Counted from the first letter of the stretch, positions 17,001 through 25,343 are shown. The stretch is DNA of 32,000 nt from Nostoc sp. PCC 7120 = FACHB-418 (GCF_000009705.1 NC_003272.1:1950001-1982000), one strand, 5' to 3'. Notes: a model not told the origin generated them from the sequence alone. A program made the numbers and translations.

Positions 17001-18810
17001 AATGAGCTAATCCGACCTGCAAGGCAAACAAGGCAGGTTGGGCAATTTCGGTTTCTTGGAAGCGAGACTGAGACTCAGGAACAGCAAACTCTGTTAATAA
17101 TGACCATTGGGCATACTTTTGAATTAAAGCATCACATTCCTCAATCACTGCCCGAAAAACAGGTTCTTGGGCTAATAATTCCCGTCCCATCGCCCACCAC
17201 TGGGGGCCTTGTCCAGAAAACACAAAGGCAACTTTGGGCTTGCGTTTTGACTGTTTTGTTTGGGTGGTAATATCTGCGGTTGCTAGGGCTTGTAAACAAG
17301 ATGGTAAGTCTTCGGGAGAATTGACGACAACGGCACTACGATAGGATTGATGGGTGCGTCTGACACTAGCGCTGTAGCAAAGATTCTGCACAAATTCTGG
17401 AGTCAGTTTTTGTGCGTTAATCAAGTCTTGATACCCTAGCGCTAGGGTTTGCACTGCGGCGGGTGTATGGGCTGATAAAGGTAATAAATGGGGGAATTTG
17501 CAAGTTTGTTGTTCAGGAGAGTTAAATGATGAAACCCCTTCTAAAATTACGTGGGCATTAGTTCCCGAAAATCCGAAAGAACTAACTCCGGCTTTCGCGC
17601 CATACTTACTTTTTGGCCAAGGAATAAGACTAGTCTGCACCCGTAAAGGTAACTGATCAAAAGGAATGTAGGGATTAGGTTGATGAAAATGCAGGCTGGG
17701 AGGAATTTGTTGATATTTGAGGGCAAGAGCCATTTTAATGATGCTGGCAATCCCCGCAGCTGCTTCTAAATGTCCAATATTACTTTTAACTGCTCCTACC
17801 AAACAAGGATGCGCTGCATCTCGTCCTTCCCCTAAGACTGCACCTATAGCCATCGCTTCAATCGGATCGCCCAAAGGTGTTCCAGTTCCGTGTAATTCTA
17901 CATAACTAATTTCTTTAGGCTGGACTTGTGCTTGCTGCAATGCTTGACGTATCAAAGATTCTTGGGCTGGCCCGTAGGGAACAGTTAATCCTTTACTGCG
18001 ACCATCATGGTTAATCGCACTACCCCGAATTACCGCATAGATGGGGTCATGATCTGCTAATGCTTGGGCAATAGGTTTGAGAATAATACAGCCAGCCCCT
18101 TCACTCCGCACATAACCATTGGCACTTTCATCAAAGGTTTTACACCGTCCATCCGGGGAAAGGGCTTTGAGTTTACTTAACGCAATATTACCAATGGGAG
18201 AAAGAACCAAATTGACTCCAGAGGCGATCGCCATGCTAGACTCTTGATTCCAGATACTTTGGCAAGCTAAATGCACGGCCACCAAAGAAGAGGAACAAGC
18301 CGTATCTACAGCTAAACTCGGCCCCCGTAAGTTAAACAAATAGGAAAGACGACCCGCAGCAATATTAATACAGTTACCTGTGAGATCGTAACCTTGAGGA
18401 TTGCTATCAAACTCAGGATGGATGCGGCTGTAATCATTGGTGGAAATGCCAACAAATACGCCAGTTTTTGAGCCAGTCAGTTGTTCGCGGACAATTCCCG
18501 CATCTTCTAAAGCTTCCCAAGCTACTTCTAATAACAGTCGCTGTTGGGGGTCCATTAATAGGGCTTCTCGCGGAGAAATACCGAAAAAATGCGGATCAAA
18601 GCGATCTACTTGGGATAGAAACCCACCATAACGGGCGTTCATTTTCCCTGGAGTTTCTGGATTGCGATCGTAAAATTCGTCAATATTCCAACGTTCAGCC
18701 GGAATTTCCGTAATTGCATCAACTCCGTTAGACAACAATTGCCAAAATGCTTGAGGACTATCTGCCCCAGGAAAACGGCAACCAATACCAATAATTGCAA
18801 TAGGTTCCAT
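14098..18810 (-). CDS. Type I modular PKS: KS-AT-KR-ACP with C-terminal docking tail
   Basis: 1570 aa. KS motifs: DTACSSS, ELHGTGTPLGDPIE, NIGHLEAAAG. AT motifs: GHSLGEVAAAHIAG with YAFHS, so specificity is ambiguous. The KR has YLITGGLGALGL, and HAAGVLNDCS tentatively suggests a B-type KR. The ACP has GMDSLMSV. No HxxxGxxxxP DH motif lies between AT and KR. The C-terminal AQLEGLSTAETEALMEQEIAELQALLS resembles a docking domain. Confidence 0.9.
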   Translation of the reverse strand: MEPIAIIGIGCRFPGADSPQAFWQLLSNGVDAITEIPAERWNIDEFYDRNPETPGKMNARYGGFLSQVDRFDPHFFGISPREALLMDPQQRLLLEVAWEALEDAGIVREQLTGSKTGVFVGISTNDYSRIHPEFDSNPQGYDLTGNCINIAAGRLSYLFNLRGPSLAVDTACSSSLVAVHLACQSIWNQESSMAIASGVNLVLSPIGNIALSKLKALSPDGRCKTFDESANGYVRSEGAGCIILKPIAQALADHDPIYAVIRGSAINHDGRSKGLTVPYGPAQESLIRQALQQAQVQPKEISYVELHGTGTPLGDPIEAMAIGAVLGEGRDAAHPCLVGAVKSNIGHLEAAAGIASIIKMALALKYQQIPPSLHFHQPNPYIPFDQLPLRVQTSLIPWPKSKYGAKAGVSSFGFSGTNAHVILEGVSSFNSPEQQTCKFPHLLPLSAHTPAAVQTLALGYQDLINAQKLTPEFVQNLCYSASVRRTHQSYRSAVVVNSPEDLPSCLQALATADITTQTKQSKRKPKVAFVFSGQGPQWWAMGRELLAQEPVFRAVIEECDALIQKYAQWSLLTEFAVPESQSRFQETEIAQPALFALQVGLAHLWRSWGIEPKAVVGHSLGEVAAAHIAGVLSLEDAVHLICHRGRLMQQATGNGKMLAVELPATEVEPLLTAWAGQLEIAAINSPTATVISGQSQALQIFVTQLQQQHPDIFYKELPVNYAFHSQQMAPFAEALVEKLSHIQPQAGSLAVFSTVTGDKQAGEKFNADYWGQNLRHTVCFAPALTALIQSGYTQFVEISPHPVLSGYINACLRKQEVDGVILPSLKRGFGERATLLKSLGTLYTLGHSINWQSLYPDGCQMVDLPLYPWQRESYWVSESQPQFQKALPASSLLNLLVAGKTEQLTQELSNHHQLSPEAKQFIPQLLQLLATGKSTAKITQDLSNARYRIEWQLSPLTVDNKTSEAERWLIFSDNQGLGQELAAVVNDSCILVSSGESYEKLSSSHYQINPHQAADFQQLLADISEPITKVVYLWSLDSSINLENSQPQCYSHLLYLVQALAKISSKIAPQLWIGTQQAQAVTPSCHQINVAQTPLWGMGQVIALEYPQLWGGLIDFGNQDVAATAIIAEMTAKTGEDRVAFRDGKRYVARLMPISAPLPAPQPLISDGSYLITGGLGALGLTLAEWLVQQGARHLVLTSRQGLLNQSEEKQQKIRALENQGATVKVVAADVSDYQQMSQLFAQIQLNSPKLRGIIHAAGVLNDCSIAQMDSETFTKVFQPKVTGAWNLHQLTQDLSLDFFVCFSSMSALLGSRGQLHYAAANSFLDGLVYHRQSLGLPGLSINWGPWAEGGMATQGYEVGLKRMGIEPLEPTAALQVLGGLLGSASMQTMVAAINWSAFGKIVAAKGRVAFLEALLTQESKDGSNGENFRQKLSAAPLHRRPALLTTQVQQEVAQVLGHSGSYVPEVEQGFFDMGMDSLMSVQFRHSLEALLAVSLPSTLVFECPSIGDVVSYLMREVFAWQLDADDSSAMESQASVVIENTIAQLEGLSTAETEALMEQEIAELQALLS

Positions 18811-19134
18811 CTTATAAATCCGTGATTTTACATCATGATGAACAGGAGAAATGGAAACGTCTGGCTCCTCACATCACTTGGTCAATTTAGATATTGATAT
18901 GAAATTTTTTTTGAAAATTCTTACGAGGTTTCTGTTAGCCAAGGATAGAGCTTTGGTTTTTCCTCGTTCTACAACTTTATTAATTCAATTGTTGATAGAG
19001 TAAATGTCGGGTTTGATAAACATCTAGAAAACTAGCCTCAATCATAACATCATCATATTGGTGAGGATAGGTAATAACAATAAATCTATTGGCTCTTCAT
19101 TAAATTAAGTGATTGATTGCAAAAACATGGGTAA

Positions 19135-19392
19135 TCAAAGATATAATTCCCCCAAGCGTTTAGCCAATTGAGCAATAGTTGGGTAGTTGAATATTAAAAC
19201 GGGATTTAACTCTTTACCCAACCATTTTTCTAATCGACCTAGTAAAATCAAAGCTTTACTGGAATTTAGATCATAATTATCAAATGATTCTTCCATGTCA
19301 ATATCATCTGGATCAACATCGAGTTGTTGAGCAAACTGATCGATTAACCAACTTTGAATATCTTCTACAGAGCAGGGTTGAATGGTTTTCAT
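19135..19392 (-). CDS. Stand-alone acyl carrier protein
   Basis: 85 aa. The layout ...FDNYDLNSSKALILLGRLEKWLGKELNPVLIFNYPTIAQLAKRL is PKS-type ACP-like, as seen in carriers that partner with acyl-AMP ligases. The usual DS is replaced by NS at the phosphopantetheine site. Confidence 0.75.
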   Translation of the reverse strand: MKTIQPCSVEDIQSWLIDQFAQQLDVDPDDIDMEESFDNYDLNSSKALILLGRLEKWLGKELNPVLIFNYPTIAQLAKRLGELYL

Positions 19393-19529
19393 ATTGTTTA
19401 GTAGTTTAGGCTAGAGAAAGAGTCAACAAAAAATTTAATTCAGCTAAAATTCTAGCTGTCTTAATACCTATTCTATGAAGTTTTCTCTCAGTAAACCATA
19501 GGTTATTTTTAGGGAAAGATGGATTTTTA

Positions 19530-20363
19530 TTAGTTCATTGTTTGCAAAGATTGATATTTTTGTCTCCAACTTCTGGGTGACAATTTATGATACTGGCTAA
19601 AACGACGAGAAAAGTAATAAGCATCTGTAAAGCCAACAGCCATAGCAATCTCTGTTACTGACTTGTCGCTGTTAATTAATAATGAACGAGCTTCTAGCAT
19701 TTTTCTTTCGAGAATCCAATCAATAATCGTTAATTGGGTTCGACGCTTAACTAAATTAGTTAAATATGCAGGAGAATAACCGACTGCTTGGGCAACATCG
19801 TTAAGACTAATGGGTAAGTGATAGTTTTGCTCAATAAATTCAAAAATTGGTCGAATTTGTACACAATTAGGATAAAAGTCAGCACTTGACAAAGACTTAT
19901 TAGATGGGTGAACAGGCTGATTTTTTTCATCTAAATATAAACCTTGATCAGAGGAAATATCTGGATTCTTTGTCGAGAATGTATGAGCTAGAATACAGCC
20001 CAAAACTTCACTTCCATGTTCTAGAGATTTAATAGTGACTTCTATGGATTGATATTCTTGAGAAGAACAAACTTTCTTAAAAGTTAAGGAAGTTTGTTGT
20101 TTAAGTAATTGCCAGTAGTATGACCAACTTGAAGGAAGAAAATCCATCTCTACTTCATCAATGGTCATGTTCAACAATTTTTGTCTAGAATGCCCTAATA
20201 AAGAACAAGCAGCATCATTAATGTAGTGAAAGTGACCTTGATAATCTAAACAAAATATTGCTTCCTTCACTTGATTGATCAAATGCTGAATTAAGGAAAC
20301 TGGTTCAGATAAGCTTGATTGAGAGTATGTGTTGGTAGAGGAAATATTTTGGTTGGAAAACAT
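19530..20363 (-). CDS. PAS-domain / AraC-family HTH transcriptional regulator
   Basis: 277 aa. The C-terminal ~100 aa (ISLNDVAQAVGYSPAYLTNLVKRRTQLTIIDWILERKMLEARSLL...VTEIAMAVGFTDAYYFSRRFSQYHKLSPRSWR) form a canonical double-HTH AraC/XylS domain. The N-terminal ~110 aa (IFCLDYQGHFHYINDAACSLLGHSRQKLLNMTIDEV...) are PAS-like. Confidence 0.85.
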   Translation of the reverse strand: MFSNQNISSTNTYSQSSLSEPVSLIQHLINQVKEAIFCLDYQGHFHYINDAACSLLGHSRQKLLNMTIDEVEMDFLPSSWSYYWQLLKQQTSLTFKKVCSSQEYQSIEVTIKSLEHGSEVLGCILAHTFSTKNPDISSDQGLYLDEKNQPVHPSNKSLSSADFYPNCVQIRPIFEFIEQNYHLPISLNDVAQAVGYSPAYLTNLVKRRTQLTIIDWILERKMLEARSLLINSDKSVTEIAMAVGFTDAYYFSRRFSQYHKLSPRSWRQKYQSLQTMN

Positions 20364-21580
20364 AATGTCAATTTTTACTAATTGATAGTTTGAGATGGAA
20401 TTTGGACTTTGGGTGGAAATAAATTTCTTCCAGATTGTCAGGTCGTAAATTTGTTGCTTTTATCTATATTATTCAGGGTGTAAAGTAGTTTTTATGCAAT
20501 CTTATTACATAAAAATATAATTTTGCTGTTAATAAATGTGAGCCTTTACAGCAAGTATGATTCATACATGGACGAAAGTCTGATTATGCGGGTTGTGTCA
20601 TACATACTTTATAGATGTCAGTTGCAGAGACCATTTATAAAGTGAATATTAAGTAGGGTGTGTTACGGTTGTGTAAGGATTTGGGTGTGTGAGCAAATTA
20701 TATATAGCCGTAACGTACCGTATGATAGTGGTGCGTTATGCTTTGCTTTAACACGCCATTACAAATTTAAGGTTTACTCTATAAATCATCTCTGATTAGC
20801 TTATGAACTAACACTAAAGGGGCAGAAGAAGTGAGAAGAGATGGCAATAGAAAGCTTATAAACCCAACGCGGTACTTTACTGTAGGCTGTCTATTTATAA
20901 AGTGCGTGAGTCCTCTCCGTGTATTTATTCATCAATAAACATACTAATCTTTATGTCGTTCTGTTACATTACTTAACAATCGAATTGATGGGATGTAGTC
21001 TAGTTCGCACTGTGAACTCGTCTAAACCCCAATGAGTAAGGGCAACAGAGCGATCGCAAATATCAAGGAAGATGTATTTATTTACCTTCACATAGTTCGT
21101 TTTTTTGAGTTGTTCTACTCAGAGGCTTTGATTATTACTCCCTTTCGCTTGTAGGAAAGGGATTGGGGGTTAGGTTTAAGAAAAAGCTGCATATAGTGTT
21201 AATTTAGGAATTATGCTTTTTCTTTCACCATGAAGTAGCTTATTGGTTTAATATTAAATCTTATTTATAAATAATTTAAGTCGAAATTAATTTATATACA
21301 TGAAGTGCTTTGTTTAGATTTGTAATCTATAATCAAAAATCTTTAATTGACAAATTAAATTATTGAAAATTTAATTTATATAATAATATCAAAAATAGAT
21401 AGTTTATGTTTATGTTTCGGGAAAAAATAAATCATAAAAACTGCAAACAAGGTAATTTTGAAACCACATGAGTGTGCTAGTAAAAACGTTTAAAAAAACT
21501 ATAGGACTCATACTTGATTTTTGAAATACACGTAGGGGAGCCACTGCGTTGGACGGGTTTCCCGGCTTGGAGCAGGTGGC

Positions 21581-21627
21581 GTTGGGCATTGCCCACCAAA
21601 ACTATGAGCCGGTGGGCAATGCCCACC
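21581..21627. repeat. Two copies of a GGTGGGCAWTGCCCACC-type palindrome, inside a block of dispersed cyanobacterial repeats (~21530-21680)
   Basis: tgggcattgcccacc (21583-21597) is the exact reverse complement of ggtgggcaatgccca (21611-21625), and each copy is itself palindromic. It is flanked by gccactgc...cgggtttcccg...gcaggtggc and gcaggctacgccaac, both typical Nostoc repeat words. Confidence 0.7.
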
Positions 21628-21916
21628 CTACAGATACTGAGAATTTTATGCGCTAGTGCAGGCTACGCCAACAGAAATCAAATCAGATTCCTATATCTAG
21701 GTATTGGTAACTTTTGATATTCAGTGATATGAAATGAAAGTATAGAGATGGCAACGGTGATGACTAAGTGAGTAGCGGAAAAAATTTACAAATATGTAAC
21801 AAACAATTAAACTGAAGATTTGCGGTTAAATTTGTTACGTTGTACACGGTAGTTACCTTTTTCTCCTCTGATTGGAACTCTACAAATTACAGCACAAGAC
21901 TTGCGTCTAATTCTAC

Positions 21917-21955
21917 ATAAAAAATCTCCATTTTTGGCAGAAAATAATCCATTGT
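21917..21955 (+). promoter_or_regulatory. Shared upstream element, copy upstream of the PEP-CTERM/efflux gene set
   Basis: The sequence is ataaaaaatctccatttttggcagaaaataatccattgt. It combines the 20-mer found at 5844-5863 (reverse complement) and the 33-mer found at 5713-5745 (reverse complement, 1 mismatch). Its orientation relative to the downstream gene is the same as at the HglE-like gene. Confidence 0.4.
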
Positions 21956-22054
21956 ATGGGCATTTAAAAAAAACTAAACTCAAGTCACAAATAATAACTG
22001 TTGCAGGAAATCTACATTGTAAGTAAGTTAATACAGTTCAGTTAAGGCTCACAA

Positions 22055-22225
22055 CTTAGAGGATGTTTGAAAAGTCCCATGCTTGGTAGCAAAACATTTT
22101 AGATCCCCCTAAATCCCCCTTTTTAAGGGGGACTTTGATTCATTTTACCCCCTTATTAAGGGGTGTTAGGGGGGATCAACGAGTGCTTAAAATCACATCC
22201 AATCACTTTTCAAACATCCTCTTAG
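22055..22225. mobile_element. MITE-like element (171 bp) with 20-bp perfect terminal inverted repeats
   Basis: cttagaggatgtttgaaaag (22055-22074) and cttttcaaacatcctcttag (22206-22225) are exact reverse complements. The interior has nested hairpins: gatccccctaa / ttaggggggatc, ccccctttttaaggggg and ccccttattaagggg. No coding capacity. Confidence 0.75.
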
Positions 22226-22260
22226 ATCGGGTCTAAACAGTTTCGCCACAAACAAAAGAA

Positions 22261-22278
22261 CTTTTCAAACATCCTCTT
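22261..22278. repeat. Solo copy of the MITE terminal repeat
   Basis: cttttcaaacatcctctt repeats the right TIR 36 nt downstream of the element. Confidence 0.7.
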
Positions 22279-22328
22279 GTAGTTCTGTGGCAAGTTCTGA
22301 AAATTGGAAAAAATTAAGGGACTATTAA

Positions 22329-23108
22329 ATGCTGAAAAAAATAAATGCTACATTTTCAGGTTTACTGAGTATTATCACTGCTGCAACTGCGACTGTTACC
22401 ATATTGTCTTCATCAGTGAAAGCGGCAGACTTTAGACCCTATCGCTTTGTCTCAGGTCAGGAGAGTATTAGACTCGATGCTGATGCCTTGAATTCTCTAA
22501 AAGCTATTGGCTTAAATCTATCGGTTGTAGATAATGTAGTTCCTCCAGCAGAGGGTTTTGACTTCGGTTGGCCAGTGTTACCACCAGCAACTAATCCAGG
22601 CGATCGCGGAACAAGTTTTGAGTTCCTTTATGATGAAGAGACAGATACTTTTGTTCCCATCTCAGGAACCATTGAGTTTAACGGCAGTTTATTCTTTGAT
22701 TTTGACCCAACTAAATTTAGTGTAGCGTCGCCACTACAATTAGGCGAACTTTCAGTTTTTTTTAATGAAAACTATGAATTTTTCGCGATCGATACAGTGA
22801 CAACTAATCTACCGATCATGACTGTTAATACCTTCGAGGCCCCAACAATCGATTTAAAAAATCGCACTTGGTTTCTTGAACCCATTGAATTGGTTTTCAC
22901 CACAGAATTTAGTAACTTTCTTATCAATGCAGCCATAACTCCAGAATCAGCCAATGAAGTGGCAAGTCTTATACCTGGTTTAAAAATAGGGGAAGCTAGA
23001 GGAGATCGGGGTTTTATTCCCTTAGATACTGCTTCTGTTCCTGAACCCAGCATCTTACTGGCGATGTTTGTAGTTACGGGAACAGTATTAGTAGCGAGAA
23101 AGAAATAA
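22329..23108 (+). CDS. Secreted PEP-CTERM-anchored protein, unknown function
   Basis: 259 aa. N-terminal signal peptide (…ILSSSVKA/AD). The C-terminus VPEPSILLAMFVVTGTVLVARKK (from 23037) shows the PEP motif, a TM helix and a basic tail. Confidence 0.8.
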   Translation: MLKKINATFSGLLSIITAATATVTILSSSVKAADFRPYRFVSGQESIRLDADALNSLKAIGLNLSVVDNVVPPAEGFDFGWPVLPPATNPGDRGTSFEFLYDEETDTFVPISGTIEFNGSLFFDFDPTKFSVASPLQLGELSVFFNENYEFFAIDTVTTNLPIMTVNTFEAPTIDLKNRTWFLEPIELVFTTEFSNFLINAAITPESANEVASLIPGLKIGEARGDRGFIPLDTASVPEPSILLAMFVVTGTVLVARKK

Positions 23109-23155
23109 CGAAGAATCGAAAAACCTAATCAATTGATAGGAGTGTATTAAAAATA

Positions 23156-24103
23156 ATGCGTACTTTTCTCATTGGCTTACTAGGATTAGCGAGTGCTACA
23201 GTTTTGACAATTCCTCAAGCAGCACAAGCTCAAACCTTTGATTTTGATCGACTGGAATTTATTGAATCTCGTCCACTTCCAGCTAATGGATCTCTTTTCT
23301 TTTTTGGAGATCAAAACCAGAATGAAGGATATGCAGCTTACTCTAATCTAGACCGGAATGCTCCAGATGCTGGACACGTCGGCTTTCGCAGTGATCTTAA
23401 TAATCGTTATTATGTAACTGGTCGGGAAAATAGCCCAGATCCTACGGGGGCGACGCGTTCTGCGACCCTTGAAAGCCTCGCAAATTTTCCGAACTTAATG
23501 AATTACTTGAATAATAATGGCATTCCATTAAGTGATATTGGTTACGGTTTTGGGCAGAAACCTGGCTTTTCTGTAACTCAATCCTTGAATTTAGGGGCAG
23601 ATGTTTTGGGACAAGATTGGTTTGGTCGTCCTGGTTCTCCAGTCGAAGAATCAATTTACCGCGCGCGTCCAGAAAGTTTTGAGCGTTATTTAACGTATCA
23701 AACCACTAAAATTATTAAGTTTGGATATTCAGATACCTTTTTTGCTTCAGCTGATGATAACCCAGATAGCGTCTTTGGTAATCCCAATATATTTTTTTCT
23801 AATCCAGTTTCCCCCTCCAAAGCACCTGGCTTAGAGGGATTGGGATCAGGAATTGCTGATGCTTTTTTGCAAGATGTAGTAGCAGGTGGTGGAAAAATTC
23901 AAGAGTTTTCTGAAGACATTCTTGATCCAGAGGATTTAGCGGTCTCAGTCAATGGAGGATTTGAAATTTATACATTTTCCTTTCCCATAGAAATCAGAAT
24001 TGTCCGAGAAGTCCCTGAATCGTCATCGATTTTAGGTTTAATGTTCTTGGCAGGAGGTGGCGTTGTTACCCAAATAAAACGACACAAAAGAAGTGTTCGA
24101 TAG
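23156..24103 (+). CDS. Secreted PEP-CTERM-like protein (VPES variant), paralog of 24360..25343
   Basis: 315 aa. Signal peptide (…IPQAAQA/QT). The C-terminus is VPESSSILGLMFLAGGGVVTQIKRHKRSVR. It shares blocks with the next protein: F(I/V)(E/K)(S/T)RPL, ATLxxxxxFxNxxxxLxxNxI, FGYSD, GxADAFLxDV, KIQxxSED, (E/Q)(I/L)RIV(R/D)(E/V)PE. Confidence 0.8.
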   Translation: MRTFLIGLLGLASATVLTIPQAAQAQTFDFDRLEFIESRPLPANGSLFFFGDQNQNEGYAAYSNLDRNAPDAGHVGFRSDLNNRYYVTGRENSPDPTGATRSATLESLANFPNLMNYLNNNGIPLSDIGYGFGQKPGFSVTQSLNLGADVLGQDWFGRPGSPVEESIYRARPESFERYLTYQTTKIIKFGYSDTFFASADDNPDSVFGNPNIFFSNPVSPSKAPGLEGLGSGIADAFLQDVVAGGGKIQEFSEDILDPEDLAVSVNGGFEIYTFSFPIEIRIVREVPESSSILGLMFLAGGGVVTQIKRHKRSVR

Positions 24104-24359
24104 AGGTTTTTCCTGAAAATTGACCAATATAACTTGATTTCATCAATTCCTCAGTAGCTTATAAAGAATCAGCGAATTTAGCTAAAGATTCTCCATTTCT
24201 CTGAGGAATTTCTGTTTTATAGTAAGTTTTAAGAATTATACGTAATTCCTTCTAGGTATACTGACAATTAAACTATTTGTCCAATAATCTCTTAGCCCGT
24301 TTGATTGTTAAAAATCAAGAACTAATTCCACATCATCATTTGGAGTCGAACAACTAACT

Positions 24360-25343
24360 ATGCGAACTCAATACCTCTCTATATTACTGGGGATGACTGT
24401 AACAGCAACCGCAAATATGATATCCGCAGCACCAGTGCGTGCGGCAAGCCTGACTTGCGAAACTGGCAATTTCTTCGATTATAGCTCAGTCAAATTTGTC
24501 AAAACTCGACCCCTTTCATCTAATAACTGTCTACGGTTATTTGGAGAGCGCGTGGGTGCGACAGATCCCGATCCTCAAGGATTTGTGGCCTATGGATTCG
24601 GTCATATAGAAATGAGTCTCAATTCTCCTAATAATCCTGCTCCCTATTATGCTGCTGGGATTGACTTTAGCCCTGAAAATCTACCAGGGGCCAGACAAGC
24701 AGCTACTTTACTTGATGACATTACAGGCTTTGGCAATTTTGCGACTTTCTTAACTGAGAATAACATTACGACTGATCGGATTGGATTTAGTTTTGGTGCC
24801 AAAGATAGGGACTTTACCAAAACTTGGAATTTAGGAGAGGATATCAATGGACAGAACTATTTTTCTTCTCCTACTTCCACATTAGAAGAGCGTATCTATT
24901 CGGCTAATCCTGACGAAGTAGAAAGTTTTCTTGTGCTAGATGGTAACAAATTTGTCACCTTTGGCTATAGCGATATTTATTCATTTTTAGAATATGGTGC
25001 AACTCGCGCTCCTGACGATGACACCGAAGCCATTATTAGCAACCCCTTTAGTGCATTTAAAGTTGCGGGACTTAATGGGTTAAGTTATGGTTTAGCTGAT
25101 GCGTTTTTAGCAGATGTAAGAGGGAATAAAATCCAATTGGTGAGTGAAGATGCTGGAGTTGTTCCTGATTTCGTATCTGTCTCCGATCCTTTCGGTCCTT
25201 TAGATCCCATTGTCTCGATTCGTTTTCCAGTTCAATTAAGAATTGTAGACGTTCCTGAACCTTCTATAACCATCGGCTTTTTGGGGCTAGGTTTACTAGC
25301 ATTTGGCTCTCGGCTCAAAAATAAAAATCGTCATCGTTGTTAA
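24360..25343 (+). CDS. Secreted PEP-CTERM protein, paralog of 23156..24103
   Basis: 327 aa. Signal peptide (…SAAPVRA/AS). The C-terminus is VPEPSITIGFLGLGLLAFGSRLKNKNRHRC. Alignable by eye with the preceding protein along its whole length. Confidence 0.8.
   Translation: MRTQYLSILLGMTVTATANMISAAPVRAASLTCETGNFFDYSSVKFVKTRPLSSNNCLRLFGERVGATDPDPQGFVAYGFGHIEMSLNSPNNPAPYYAAGIDFSPENLPGARQAATLLDDITGFGNFATFLTENNITTDRIGFSFGAKDRDFTKTWNLGEDINGQNYFSSPTSTLEERIYSANPDEVESFLVLDGNKFVTFGYSDIYSFLEYGATRAPDDDTEAIISNPFSAFKVAGLNGLSYGLADAFLADVRGNKIQLVSEDAGVVPDFVSVSDPFGPLDPIVSIRFPVQLRIVDVPEPSITIGFLGLGLLAFGSRLKNKNRHRC

Noticed and set aside
7059-18713. Short ORFs overlapping the NRPS and PKS genes (e.g. 7059-7424, 7935-8132, 8384-8632, 9408-9647, 11022-11369, 11445-11660, 12950-13219, 13708-13983, 14537-14743, 14783-15022, 17547-17750, 17717-17905, 18437-18713)
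   Set aside because: Same reasoning: each lies within a megasynthase gene whose frame is validated by ordered catalytic motifs. None has a motif, an RBS or independent support.
21032-21157. 41-aa ORF (MSKGNRAIANIKEDV...) considered as a possible RiPP precursor or small protein
   Set aside because: There is no RBS and no leader/core features. Its 3' end is the tccctttc...gaaaggga hairpin repeat. No modifying enzymes are nearby.
21514-21717. 67-aa ORF in the long spacer
   Set aside because: It is composed almost entirely of palindromic dispersed-repeat sequence (the translation is rich in W, R and P, as is typical of translated cyanobacterial repeats), so it is not a gene.
21833-21846. Palindrome tgttacgttgtaca considered as an NtcA or CRP-family site
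   Set aside because: The spacing is TGT-N8-ACA (14 nt). That fits neither GTA-N8-TAC nor TGTGA-N6-TCACA.
24145-24210. Inverted repeat aattcctcag (24145-24154) / ctgaggaatt (24201-24210) between the two paralogous PEP-CTERM genes, considered as a terminator; it also contains a weak tctccattt match to the shared element
   Set aside because: The 46-nt interior and the asymmetric inner pairing make it a poor intrinsic terminator. The similarity to the shared element is only 9 nt, so I left it as an unexplained structure.
22772-24847. Antisense ORFs within the PEP-CTERM genes (22772-23053, 23442-23654, 24647-24847)
   Set aside because: They lie opposite ORFs that have coherent signal-peptide and PEP-CTERM architecture, and they have no features of their own.
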